64,000 bases of DNA. Source: Bryobacteraceae bacterium. GTDB taxonomy: Bacteria; Acidobacteriota; Terriglobia; Bryobacterales; Bryobacteraceae. Within the stretch, counting starts at the first letter, position 1; each line of letters starts with the position of its first letter. The translations under genes and the position numbers were made by a program. Location: the NCBI GenBank assembly GCA_036768595.1, contig DAIPMT010000002.1, positions 1,345 through 65,344 on the forward strand, given 5' to 3'. The notes below the pieces were generated by a model that was not told the DNA's origin, made no database searches, and worked only from the letters and a program-made list of their open reading frames with translations. Below, in pieces: positions 21,724 through 31,020 of the stretch.

Positions 21724-22359
21724 CTAGAAAATCATTTTAATCAGAGCTTGCTTCACGCTGGCGAAGTCTTCGGGCGTCAGTTCGTGACCGGCCTTCTGCC
21801 AGTGCACCTCAACCTGTGCGCCGCAGCGTGAAAGTATTTTGGCCAGCGCTTCGGTCGAGGAGGGCGCCACGACGGCGTCCTCGGTACCGGCCAGCAGCGT
21901 CACCGGAATAGGTTGCAGCGTGGGCAGCGGGTCGGGCGTCAACGGCAGCTGCGGCCGTAAGAGAACTGCCCCGCGCAGAAGATCCGGTGTCAGCAGCAGG
22001 TTCGCAGCCGCGATATTGGCCCCGTTCGAGTAACCGAGCGCCACCACCTTGGCCGCATGGAACCCGTAGCGGGCTGCACTCTCCGTTACGAAATCTGCCA
22101 GTTCCCGTGCCCGGAAGCGAATGTCGTCTTCATCGAAGACGCCTGGCTGAAAGCGCCGGAAAAATCGCGGCATGCCGTTTTCGAGCACTTGACCGCGCGG
22201 GCTGAGCAATCCGACGCCAGGGGCCAGCGCGGTGCCGATAGGCAGCAGATCCTCTTCATCGCCGCCTGTACCGTGCAGCAGCAGCAGCGTGGCGTCTGAC
22301 CTTGTGCCGGGTATGTAGCGGTGGATGAATTCAGTGGGCAAAGGGCGGCTCCGGAACAA
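21724..22359 (-). CDS. Alpha/beta hydrolase, phospholipase/carboxylesterase (MhqD-like)
   Basis: 211 aa. LLLLHGTGGDE, nucleophile elbow ALGYSNGA. Downstream of a ring-cleaving dioxygenase, as in mhq-type operons. Confidence 0.7.
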   Translation of the reverse strand: MFRSRPLPTEFIHRYIPGTRSDATLLLLHGTGGDEEDLLPIGTALAPGVGLLSPRGQVLENGMPRFFRRFQPGVFDEDDIRFRARELADFVTESAARYGFHAAKVVALGYSNGANIAAANLLLTPDLLRGAVLLRPQLPLTPDPLPTLQPIPVTLLAGTEDAVVAPSSTEALAKILSRCGAQVEVHWQKAGHELTPEDFASVKQALIKMIF

Positions 22360-23227
22360 CCAGTTTAGGCAGAATCGATTCGATGCGCTGGCGTTCCGGC
22401 TCGAGCCACGCAGGCAGCTTCAAACTCTTCCCGAGTTGCGCCGCGGGTTCGTCGATAGCGAAGCCGGGCGGGTCCGTGGCGATTTCGAACAGCACGCCGC
22501 CCGGCTCGCGGTAGTAAATCGAATGGAAATACTGGCGATCGAGCACTGGCGTAACGTCATAACCGTCGGCAGACAGCGCCTGCCTCCAATCGCGCTGGAC
22601 CGAGTCGTTTTCCGCGCGCCACGCGATGTGGTGCACGGTGCCCGTGCCCATGGATCCGCGCCGGGCATCGGGCTGGCATAAAATATCGACCACTCCCTCC
22701 GGTGCGGCATATCGGAACCGATTGCCTTGTTCGGCCGCCGCCGTCAGTCCCATACTCGCCGTGAGCAGCCGCGCCGTGCTGTCGTGGCCGGCTTCCGAAA
22801 GTGTCACGCTATGGAAGCGCGCGATGGCGGGCGATGTGGCTTCCGCGTCGAGGGCAATAATTTCGAGCGCCATGCCATCCGGGTCGGTGAACGTGATGCC
22901 GTCCTGGCCGAAGCGCGTCCGCAGCGGCTCAGCCCCCGGAATGCGGGCTTTCCAGAATCCCAGATGATTGCGCGGTACGCCGTACGCAATGGCGGTCACC
23001 TGGCCCACGCCGTGCCGGCCGCGCGGTGCGCCGGCCCACGGAAAGAAAGTCAGAATGGTGCCGGGCGTGCCGGCCGCGTCCCCGTAGTAGAGATGATACG
23101 TGCCGGGGTCGTCGAAATTTACCGTCAGTTTGACCAAATGCAGTCCCAGCAGGCCGGCGTAAAAATCGACATTGCGCTGGGGGTCGCCGCAGATTGCGGT
23201 CACGTGGTGCAGGCCCTGTGTTTGCAT
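22331..23227 (-). CDS. VOC-superfamily ring-cleaving dioxygenase (MhqO/YkcA-like)
   Basis: Start moved to ATG 23227 (MQTQGLHHVTAICGDPQRNVDFYAGLLGL). Second half contains VHHIAWR. Two glyoxalase-fold repeats. Confidence 0.75.
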   Translation of the reverse strand: MQTQGLHHVTAICGDPQRNVDFYAGLLGLHLVKLTVNFDDPGTYHLYYGDAAGTPGTILTFFPWAGAPRGRHGVGQVTAIAYGVPRNHLGFWKARIPGAEPLRTRFGQDGITFTDPDGMALEIIALDAEATSPAIARFHSVTLSEAGHDSTARLLTASMGLTAAAEQGNRFRYAAPEGVVDILCQPDARRGSMGTGTVHHIAWRAENDSVQRDWRQALSADGYDVTPVLDRQYFHSIYYREPGGVLFEIATDPPGFAIDEPAAQLGKSLKLPAWLEPERQRIESILPKLVVPEPPFAH

Positions 23228-23228
23228 C

Positions 23229-23954
23229 TTATCGATAGCGTCCACTCAGTTGATTCCTGCGGATTGTCAAAAGATCCAGGAACGGCCTGGCGCCGTTCAA
23301 CAGGCTTACTTTGGTGCCCGCCACGTCATTCCACCGCACCGGCACCTCCACAATTTCAAAGCCCATCAAGCGCCCGATAAAAAGCACCTCGGCATCGAAT
23401 CCGAAGTCGTCGAGCTGCTGGCGCGGGAAGATTTCGGCGGCGGCGGCGCCCGAGAACAACTTGAAGCCGCACTGCGTGTCGCGCAGCGGCAGTCCCAAAA
23501 CCGTGCGCATCGCCGCGTTAAAGACCCGGCCTGCTGTCTCCCGAAAGCCGGATTGGTGCACGCCGATCAGCTTCCGATTCAGAGCGCGCGAACCAATGGC
23601 AATGTCGGCGGCGCCCGCCGTGGCCGCCAGCAGCTTTTCGATCTCCTCAATGGGAGTTGAAAGATCGGCATCCGTAAACAGGCGCCAGTCTCCCTGCGCC
23701 TCCCGCATGCCGTGGCGCACCGCATAGCCCTTGCCGCGGTTGCCGGGATTGCGCAACAGCCGGACCGCCGCATCACGCTGTGCCAGGTCCGCAACCAGTG
23801 CTGCCGTATGGTCCCGCGAGCCATCGTCGACTACGATGATTTCGTAGTCGGTCCAACGCGCCTCGGCCGCGTAGGCGCTGATTCTGTCCAAAGTCGAGGG
23901 GAGGCGCTGCTCTTCGTTGAATGCGGGGATGACTATCGATAAAGATTTGCCCAA
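23229..23954 (-). CDS. Family 2 glycosyltransferase (polyprenol-phosphate glycosyltransferase-like)
   Basis: LSIVIPAFNEE, VVDDGSRD, FTDADL (DxD) motifs. Confidence 0.8.
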   Translation of the reverse strand: MGKSLSIVIPAFNEEQRLPSTLDRISAYAAEARWTDYEIIVVDDGSRDHTAALVADLAQRDAAVRLLRNPGNRGKGYAVRHGMREAQGDWRLFTDADLSTPIEEIEKLLAATAGAADIAIGSRALNRKLIGVHQSGFRETAGRVFNAAMRTVLGLPLRDTQCGFKLFSGAAAAEIFPRQQLDDFGFDAEVLFIGRLMGFEIVEVPVRWNDVAGTKVSLLNGARPFLDLLTIRRNQLSGRYR

Positions 23955-23972
23955 ACGCTACATCTTACAGGA

Positions 23973-25229
23973 GTGCGGCTTACCATAGGGAAATTGACAC
24001 AGCGATTTGAATGGTTTGTCGCGGGGCGCTATCTGCGCGCCCGGCGCCGCGAAGCAGTGATCTCGGTCATCACCGTGATCTCGGTTTTGGGTGTGGCCGC
24101 CGGCGTGATGGCGCTGGTAATCTCGCTCGCCATCAACAACGGCTTCCGCAACACGCTGCAGCGCGACCTGCTGGGCGCCACCGCGCACGTTAACATTCTC
24201 GAGAAAGAACCGGGCGAGGGCATCCGCGACTGGCGCTCCCTGGAACAACGTTTACGCCGCATGCCGCACGTCATCGCGACCGCGCCCGTGCTCTACGGCC
24301 AGGTCTTCCTCTCAGGGCCGCAGATGAGCCACCAAGCCGTCATCAAGGGCGTGGATATCGACGCGGAACTGCGCACCAGCGATACGCTGCGGCATCTTCG
24401 ACAAGGCTCGGTCGAGCGGCTGAACCAGCAGGAAGGCCTGCCCACCATTATTCTGGGGCGTAAGCTGGCCGACGATACAGGCATGCTGCTGAACAGCGTC
24501 GTCACGGTCATCAGCCCGCAGGGCAAGCTCACGCCGCTGGGACCAGTGCCGGCCACCCGCCGCTACCGCGTCGTCGGCATCTTCGAATCTGGTTTCTACG
24601 ACATCGACGATAACTGGGCCTATGCTTCCCGCGAAAACGTGCAGCACCTGCTCTCCGTGACGGACGTGGTCAATTCGATCGAACTGAAGCTGGACAACCT
24701 GTATCTCGCGCCGGAAGTTTCGAAGCAAGCCGAGAAGCTGGCGGGCCCGCGCTATGCAGCGACCAATTGGGAAGAGCAGAACCGGCAGTTGCTAAGCGCG
24801 CTGAAGATGGAACGCATCGTTACCTCCATCACCATCGGGCTGATCGAACTTGTCGCGGCCCTCAATATTCTGATCACCCTTGTCATGATGGCCATGGAAC
24901 GCTACCGCGACATTGCGGTGCTGATGGCCATGGGCGCCCGTCGCAGCCAGATCCGCGGCATTTTTATGCGCCAGGGCTTGATGATCGGTCTGGCCGGCAC
25001 CATTGTGGGGCTCACCGCCGGCTATACATTATGTTATTTCGCCGACCGCTACCACTGGATTCGACTAGACGAGACCGTCTACGCGCTGGCTTTTGTGCCG
25101 TTTGAAGCGCGCGTGCTGGATGGCGTCTGGGTGGCTGCGGCGGCCATTGCTATCAGTTTCTTAGCGACAATTTACCCGGCTTCTCAGGCCACCAAAATCA
25201 CCCCCGTCGAGGTCCTTCGTTATGAGTAG
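23973..25229 (+). CDS. LolC/E- or MacB-type ABC transporter permease (FtsX fold)
   Basis: 418 aa. N-terminal TM, large periplasmic domain, C-terminal FtsX-type three-TM bundle. RYLRARRREAVISVITVISVLGVAAGV is typical of LolC/E. No adjacent ATPase gene. Confidence 0.8.
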   Translation: MRLTIGKLTQRFEWFVAGRYLRARRREAVISVITVISVLGVAAGVMALVISLAINNGFRNTLQRDLLGATAHVNILEKEPGEGIRDWRSLEQRLRRMPHVIATAPVLYGQVFLSGPQMSHQAVIKGVDIDAELRTSDTLRHLRQGSVERLNQQEGLPTIILGRKLADDTGMLLNSVVTVISPQGKLTPLGPVPATRRYRVVGIFESGFYDIDDNWAYASRENVQHLLSVTDVVNSIELKLDNLYLAPEVSKQAEKLAGPRYAATNWEEQNRQLLSALKMERIVTSITIGLIELVAALNILITLVMMAMERYRDIAVLMAMGARRSQIRGIFMRQGLMIGLAGTIVGLTAGYTLCYFADRYHWIRLDETVYALAFVPFEARVLDGVWVAAAAIAISFLATIYPASQATKITPVEVLRYE

Positions 25230-25296
25230 CGACTGTATCGCTTGAGACATTTTCAGTTCGCAGCAACTCAATGGCCAGCGCATATAATGAAGCCAG

Positions 25297-26856
25297 ATGA
25301 GCTCGCTCTCACAGGGACTGCACCTCAAGGTCGCGCAGAAGCAGATCCTGACCCCCGGACTGGTCCAGATGGTCACGGTCCTTCAGTTGAACCGCATGGA
25401 ACTGAAGGAAATGATCAATCAGGAGATTGTCAATAACCCGGTTCTGGAGGAGTCCGCGGACGGCGGCGAGGAGGTTTCGCCCGAAGAGTTGGCGCAACTC
25501 CTGGAAGGTGACCGCGTGGAATCCTCGGACCGCGGCATGCTCGACGCCTTGGCCGGCCCTCTCGCGCCAGTGGAGATCAGCGAGGAACCGGCACCGGCGT
25601 CCGTCGATCTGATGGGCAGCGAAGTCGCCGCTACTGACGCGGCTCTGACCGAATCACCGGTCAGCGATCCGTTCGACGAGATCGACTTCGGCTCGTTCTT
25701 CGATGACTACCTGGACCCCGGCTATAAGAGCCCGGCCTCGGAGTCGATTGAAAAGCCATCCTTCGAAACATTTCTATCGCAGCCCGTAACGCTGCCCGAC
25801 CACTTGCGCTCGCAGTTAAGCGTGCTGCTGCTTTCTGACGAAGCGCGCGACGCGGCGGAGTCGATCATCGGCAACCTCGATGAGGACGGGCACATCACCG
25901 CGCCGCTCGACGAGATTGCCGCCATGGGCAACCACTCGCCGGAAGATATGGCGGCGGCGCTGAAGGCCGTGCAGTCGCTCGAGCCTGCCGGCGTGGGCGC
26001 GCGCGATTTGCGCGAGTGCCTGCTCCTACAGCTGGCCAGCCGCAACGGAGAAGGCGGCGTGGCTTGGCAGATCATTCAGAAGCATCTGCGGCTGCTCGAA
26101 ACCCGGCAGTTCCGTGAGCTGGCCAAGGTGATGCAGCGCCCGCCCGAGCATATCGAGATCGCCGTGGACGTGATCCGCCATCTGAATCCGCGGCCGGGCC
26201 TGCGCTATTCGGCAAGCGGCGCGCGCTCCGTCGAGCCTGACGTTTATTTCATTAAAGACGGCGACGATTTCCGCATCCAGATGAATGAGGAAGAGCTGCC
26301 GCAGCTGCGCTTGAACGCGCAGTACCGCAGCATGCTCAACCGCGAGAACGGCGCCACCAAAGAGGTTCGCGACTACGTGCGGGACCGCTATACGTCGGCG
26401 ATCCAGCTCATGAAGAACATCGAGCAGCGCAAGCAGACCATCCAGCGCGTGTGCGAAACCATCAAGCGGCGGCAATGGGATTTCCTGAAGGCGGGGCTCG
26501 ATTTTCTGAAGCCCATGATGATCAAAGAAATTGCCGAAGAAGTGGGCGTGCACCCTTCCACGGTCAGCCGCGCCGTCGCCAACAAATACGCGCACACGCC
26601 GCACGGCGTGTTCGAGCTGCGCTACTTTTTCTCGGAGAGCGTCCAGGGTCCCTCGGGCGGCGAATTGCCCCTGCTGCTGCTGAAGCGCAAAGTGAAAAAG
26701 ATGATCGATGAAGAGAATCCGCGCCGCCCGCTGACCGACGAACAGATCACCTCGCTGCTGCAGGCCGAGGGTATCGATGTCACGCGCCGGACGGTGGCGA
26801 AGTACCGGGAAGATATGAAAATTCCCTCGACGCACCAGCGGCGCGTACGGGAGTAG
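25297..26856 (+). CDS. rpoN: RNA polymerase sigma-54 factor
   Basis: 519 aa. N-terminal LTPGLVQMVTVLQL region I, acidic linker, HTH VHPSTVSRAV, RpoN box TRRTVAKYRE. Confidence 0.95.
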   Translation: MSSLSQGLHLKVAQKQILTPGLVQMVTVLQLNRMELKEMINQEIVNNPVLEESADGGEEVSPEELAQLLEGDRVESSDRGMLDALAGPLAPVEISEEPAPASVDLMGSEVAATDAALTESPVSDPFDEIDFGSFFDDYLDPGYKSPASESIEKPSFETFLSQPVTLPDHLRSQLSVLLLSDEARDAAESIIGNLDEDGHITAPLDEIAAMGNHSPEDMAAALKAVQSLEPAGVGARDLRECLLLQLASRNGEGGVAWQIIQKHLRLLETRQFRELAKVMQRPPEHIEIAVDVIRHLNPRPGLRYSASGARSVEPDVYFIKDGDDFRIQMNEEELPQLRLNAQYRSMLNRENGATKEVRDYVRDRYTSAIQLMKNIEQRKQTIQRVCETIKRRQWDFLKAGLDFLKPMMIKEIAEEVGVHPSTVSRAVANKYAHTPHGVFELRYFFSESVQGPSGGELPLLLLKRKVKKMIDEENPRRPLTDEQITSLLQAEGIDVTRRTVAKYREDMKIPSTHQRRVRE

Positions 26857-26864
26857 GCTAAGTT

Positions 26865-27413
26865 ATGAAGGTAACTTACACGGGACGTCACGTGGACCTG
26901 GCGCCGGCTCAATGGAATCGCATTGAATCGCAGTTCGCCAAGCTCGGGAAATTGCTGGACGGCAAAAATGAACAGGAAGCGCGCGTGATTCTGTCACTCG
27001 AACGGCACCTGTGCAAAGCGGAGGTCACGGTGCAATACCATGACCATCCGCTGGTAGGCCAAGCGGCCGATCCGGAACTGTTCACGGCCATTCACGGCGC
27101 GATCCAGAAGCTCGAAAAGCAGGCGGTAAAGGTGCGCGCGAAATGGCGGGAATCGCATCGCGGCGTGAACGGCAAAGAACAGGGCGTGGCCGTGGCGGAG
27201 CCGGCCGCCGAGCCCGCCGCCGAACCCGAAACAACCGAGCAGAAGATTTACCACGTGACGCCGCCGGCGCATCAGAAGCCGATGGCGCTCGACGAAGCCG
27301 TGCTCGCGATGGAAGCGGACCGGGACTACATCGTGTTCGACGATCACGAAGCCAAGTGCCCGCGGGTCCTGATCCGCCGGCGCGACGGGCACTTCGACCT
27401 GTTGGAACTCTGA
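26865..27413 (+). CDS. hpf: Ribosome hibernation promoting factor (long form)
   Basis: MKVTYTGRHVDL start, acidic/Pro linker, C-terminal dimerisation domain (MALDEAVLAMEADRDYIVFDD). Classic rpoN-hpf linkage. Confidence 0.9.
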   Translation: MKVTYTGRHVDLAPAQWNRIESQFAKLGKLLDGKNEQEARVILSLERHLCKAEVTVQYHDHPLVGQAADPELFTAIHGAIQKLEKQAVKVRAKWRESHRGVNGKEQGVAVAEPAAEPAAEPETTEQKIYHVTPPAHQKPMALDEAVLAMEADRDYIVFDDHEAKCPRVLIRRRDGHFDLLEL

Positions 27414-27422
27414 TCACTCGGG

Positions 27423-28376
27423 ATGGCCAAGCGCAAGGCGCCCGCCGGGAAAGCAACCAAACCAAAAGCAGCCGCTAAAGCCAAGCGGCTGCGCCCCGCC
27501 GTCGTGGAAGATGGCCCCAAGCCGGAGTTGGTGATCATTACTGGCCTGAGCGGCTCTGGCAAAGCCTCAGTGCTCAAAGCCCTGGAGGACATCGACTACT
27601 ACGCGGTCGATAATCTTCCCGTCGACCTGATTCCAAAATTCGCGGAACTGACGCGCGACTCGGCGACCTTCCGTTCGGCCGCGCTGGTCGTCGATATCCG
27701 CGAAGGCGAGGGGCTCAAGCGCTTCCCGCAGATGTATGAGAAGGTGCGGCACAGTATTCCGACGCGCCTGCTGTTTCTCGAAGCCGATCCCGAGACGCTG
27801 ATGCGGCGCTTCAGCGAGACGCGCCGTCCGCATCCGCTCGGCGTGGATCAATCGGTGGCCACCAGCATCGCGGCCGAAATCAAGGCGCTGAAGCCCATCC
27901 GCGACTTGGCTGACCTCACCATCAACACTTCGAAATTCAACGTGCATGAACTGCGCGATTTCGTGCGCGCCAAATTCCGCGGCGTGCGCGATGAGTCGAA
28001 AATCATGATCTACGTGACCAGCTTCGGTTACCGGCACGGCGTGCCGCCCGACAGCGATCTGGTCTTCGACGTGCGCTTCCTGCCGAATCCGAACTACATT
28101 CCGAAGTTCAAGAAGTTGTCCGGCCGTCACCCCGGCGTGGCCCGCTACATCCGTTCCTTCCCGCAGACCACGGAATTCATGACGCGCATCTCGGAGCTCC
28201 TCATTTACCTGCTCCCCCACTACATTCACGAAGGCAAAAGCTACCTGACGATCGGCTTCGGATGCACCGGCGGCCACCATCGTTCCGTAATGATCGCCGA
28301 CCAGATCCGCAAGAACCTGGTGAGCGCCGGTTATCCCGCGAAAGTGTCGCATCGCGACATGCTCAAGCCTGTTTAG
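27423..28376 (+). CDS. rapZ: RNase adapter protein RapZ with N-terminal Lys/Ala-rich extension
   Basis: ITGLSGSGKA P-loop, DVRFLPNPNY, IGFGCTGGHHRSV motifs. ~35 extra N-terminal residues, MAKRKAPAGKATKPKAAAKAKRLRP. Confidence 0.9.
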   Translation: MAKRKAPAGKATKPKAAAKAKRLRPAVVEDGPKPELVIITGLSGSGKASVLKALEDIDYYAVDNLPVDLIPKFAELTRDSATFRSAALVVDIREGEGLKRFPQMYEKVRHSIPTRLLFLEADPETLMRRFSETRRPHPLGVDQSVATSIAAEIKALKPIRDLADLTINTSKFNVHELRDFVRAKFRGVRDESKIMIYVTSFGYRHGVPPDSDLVFDVRFLPNPNYIPKFKKLSGRHPGVARYIRSFPQTTEFMTRISELLIYLLPHYIHEGKSYLTIGFGCTGGHHRSVMIADQIRKNLVSAGYPAKVSHRDMLKPV

Positions 28377-28397
28377 AGCGGTTGCTACACTGGCGTC

Positions 28398-29183
28398 ATG
28401 CCCATACCCATCGTCCAGGTTGACGCGTTTACGGCGCGCCCCTTCGCGGGCAATCCGGCCGCCGTGTGCGTGCTTCCCGAGCCGCGCGATGCCGCCTGGA
28501 TGCAGACGGTCGCCCGCCAGATGAATCTATCCGAGACGGCGTTTTTGCTGCGGCAGGACGGCGGTTTCAATCTGCGTTGGTTCACGCCGGCGATAGAAGT
28601 CGATTTGTGCGGGCACGCCACCCTCGGCAGCGCGCACGTATTGTGGGAGACCGGCCAATTGGCCGCCGGCAGCGAGGCGCGCTTCCATACCCGCAGCGGC
28701 TGCCTAAAAGCGGCCCAGCACGGCGACTGGATCGAGATGGATTTCCCAGCCAAGCTGGAGACCGCAACGGACCCGCCTCCGGTGCTGCTCGAAGCGCTGG
28801 GCTGCCAGCCCGTATATGTGGGCAAGAATCAGTTCGACTACCTGATCGAAGTCGGTTCCGAGGAGGAACTACGCTCGCTACGGCCGAACCACGCGCTGTT
28901 GAAGACTCTCCCGGTGCGCGGCGCCATCGTGACTTCGCGCTCGGCTGAGTTCGATTTCGTCTCGCGCTTTTTCGCGCCCGGCGCCGGTGTCGAGGAGGAT
29001 CCGGTCACCGGCTCGGCGCATTGCGCGCTGGCGCCCTACTGGGGCAAGAAGCTGGGGCGCACCGAAATGCGCGCGTTTCAGGTCTCCGAGCGGGGCGGGG
29101 AAGTGCGTGTTCGCCTGCGGGGCGACCGCGTGATCCTGGCCGGCCAGGCCGTGACGGTGTGGCGCGGCGAGTTGCTGGCCTGA
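28398..29183 (+). CDS. PhzF-family isomerase
   Basis: 261 aa. VDAFTARPFAGNPAAV, ETAFL, LCGHATLGSA, DPVTGSAHCALAPYW. Confidence 0.85.
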   Translation: MPIPIVQVDAFTARPFAGNPAAVCVLPEPRDAAWMQTVARQMNLSETAFLLRQDGGFNLRWFTPAIEVDLCGHATLGSAHVLWETGQLAAGSEARFHTRSGCLKAAQHGDWIEMDFPAKLETATDPPPVLLEALGCQPVYVGKNQFDYLIEVGSEEELRSLRPNHALLKTLPVRGAIVTSRSAEFDFVSRFFAPGAGVEEDPVTGSAHCALAPYWGKKLGRTEMRAFQVSERGGEVRVRLRGDRVILAGQAVTVWRGELLA

Positions 29184-29308
29184 TGCACCCGATGCCGGAT
29201 GAACCGCCGCCCTTCCTGGGCAGTTGGCGCAAAGTTTACGCGCTGGTGCTGGCGTACCTCGCGGCGGTAATCACGGTGTTCTGGATCTTCACGCGGTACT
29301 TTGCCTGA
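29183..29308 (+). CDS. Possible 41-aa single-TM micro-protein preceding the symporter
   Basis: MHPMPDEPPPFLGSWRKVYALVLAYLAAVITVFWIFTRYFA. TGATG overlaps at both ends (29181-29185 and 29306-29310). No other support. Confidence 0.3.
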   Translation: MHPMPDEPPPFLGSWRKVYALVLAYLAAVITVFWIFTRYFA

Positions 29309-31020
29309 TGCGGCCGCTCGACTGGGTCGTATTGGTCGTGACCCTCGTCTCGATCGTGGCCTACGGCCTCTACAAAGGGCGCGGCAGCAAGACCGTCAAT
29401 CAATATCTGCTGGCCGGCAAGACCATGCCCTGGTATGCCATGGGCCTCTCCATCATGGCCACGCAGGCCAGCGCCATCACCTTCATCTCCACCACCGGCC
29501 AGGCCTATGCCGACGGCATGCGCTTCGTCCAGTTCTACTTCGGGCTGCCAGTTGCGATGGTGATTCTGGCGGCCACGGCCGTGCCCATTTTCCATCGCGC
29601 CGGCGTTTACACGGCCTACGAATATCTGGAAAAGCGCTTCGACGCCAAGACCCGCGCGCTGGCCAGTGTGATTTTTCTGATCCAGCGCGGATTGGGCGTG
29701 GGGCTTGCCTTGTACGCGCCGGCGCTGGTGATGAGCGTCATCTTCGGCTGGCCCGATCAGTTGACCACGCTGCTCATCGGCGTGCTGGTGATCCTCTACA
29801 CCGTAACCGGCGGCATCCCCGCCGTGACGTGGACCGACGTGGTCCAGATGGGCATCATCTTCTTCGGCCTGGTGCTCTCGCTGGTGCTGGTCTTGCGCAT
29901 GCTGCCGCACTCCGTATCGGTGCTGGATGCGGTCTATCTGGCGGGCGCGGTGGGCAAGCTCAACGCAGTAGACACGCATTTCGACTGGAACAACCGCTAC
30001 AACCTGTGGAGCGGCTTGCTGGGCGGTTCATTTCTGGCGCTGAGCTACTTCGGATGCGATCAGTCGCAGGTGCAGCGCTATCTCACCGGAAAATCGATCG
30101 CCCAAAGCAAACTCAGCCTGCTGTTCAACGCCATGGCCAAGGTGCCGATGCAGTTCTTCATCCTCTTCGTCGGCGCCATGGTGTTTGTGTTCTACCTGTT
30201 TCAAGCGCCGCCGGTTTTGTTTCAGCCAAACGCCATGCGCGAGATCAGCGGGCAAGCCGAGTTTTCCGGCGTGCAGCGGAAATTCGACAGCGCCTTTGAA
30301 CAGCGGCGCGCCGCGGCCCGCGCCATCGGACATGCCGGTGATCCAGCGTCCCGCCGCCTGCATGTCGGCGAATTCAAGGCGGCGCAACAGCAATTGAACG
30401 GCGCCCGCCAGCAGGCCATCGCGCTGTTTGAGAAAGCCGAAGGCAAGAAGGGCTTCAACGACAACAACTACGTCTTCCTCACGTTCGTGACCACCTATCT
30501 CCCCGCAGGCGTAGTGGGTCTGATCATCGCTGTCATCTTCGCGGCGGCCATGTCGGCAAGTTCGGGCGAGGTCAACTCGCTCGCCACCGTGACCGTCATC
30601 GACATCTACAAGCGCCATGTGCGCAAGCAGGCATCGGACCGTCACTACCTGATGGCTTCGCGCCTGGCCACCGCTTTCTGGGGTCTCTACGCCGTGGCGT
30701 TTGCCCAATACGGAAAGAACCTGGGCTCGCTGGTCGAAGCCGTCAATCTGGTGGGGTCGTTCTTCTACGGCTCGCTGCTGGGTGTGTTCACGTTGGCCTT
30801 CGGCTTCCGCAGCGTAGGCGGTACGGCCGCGTTCTGGGGCATGGCCGTGGGAGAAGCGGCTATATTACTGGTCGCACGCTTCACCGCCATCTCTTACCTT
30901 TGGTACAACGTCATCGGCGCCGTGGTCGTGATTGTCACGGGTCTGCTGCTTTCGCGCCCTTTTCCGAACCTGCGCAACCAGGATGCGTTAGACCAGCAGG
31001 GTGGAAACGTCCACGGTTGA
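29308..31020 (+). CDS. Sodium:solute symporter family (SSF) transporter
   Basis: Start moved to ATG 29308 (MRPLDWVVLVVTLVS). ~13 hydrophobic helices, with a cytoplasmic insert between helices. Confidence 0.85.
   Translation: MRPLDWVVLVVTLVSIVAYGLYKGRGSKTVNQYLLAGKTMPWYAMGLSIMATQASAITFISTTGQAYADGMRFVQFYFGLPVAMVILAATAVPIFHRAGVYTAYEYLEKRFDAKTRALASVIFLIQRGLGVGLALYAPALVMSVIFGWPDQLTTLLIGVLVILYTVTGGIPAVTWTDVVQMGIIFFGLVLSLVLVLRMLPHSVSVLDAVYLAGAVGKLNAVDTHFDWNNRYNLWSGLLGGSFLALSYFGCDQSQVQRYLTGKSIAQSKLSLLFNAMAKVPMQFFILFVGAMVFVFYLFQAPPVLFQPNAMREISGQAEFSGVQRKFDSAFEQRRAAARAIGHAGDPASRRLHVGEFKAAQQQLNGARQQAIALFEKAEGKKGFNDNNYVFLTFVTTYLPAGVVGLIIAVIFAAAMSASSGEVNSLATVTVIDIYKRHVRKQASDRHYLMASRLATAFWGLYAVAFAQYGKNLGSLVEAVNLVGSFFYGSLLGVFTLAFGFRSVGGTAAFWGMAVGEAAILLVARFTAISYLWYNVIGAVVVIVTGLLLSRPFPNLRNQDALDQQGGNVHG

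Noticed and set aside
27195-27227. Short AEPAAEPAAEP repeat in the HPF linker.
   Set aside because: There are only about 2.5 units in a region known to be a variable, disordered linker in long HPFs. I judged it not noteworthy.
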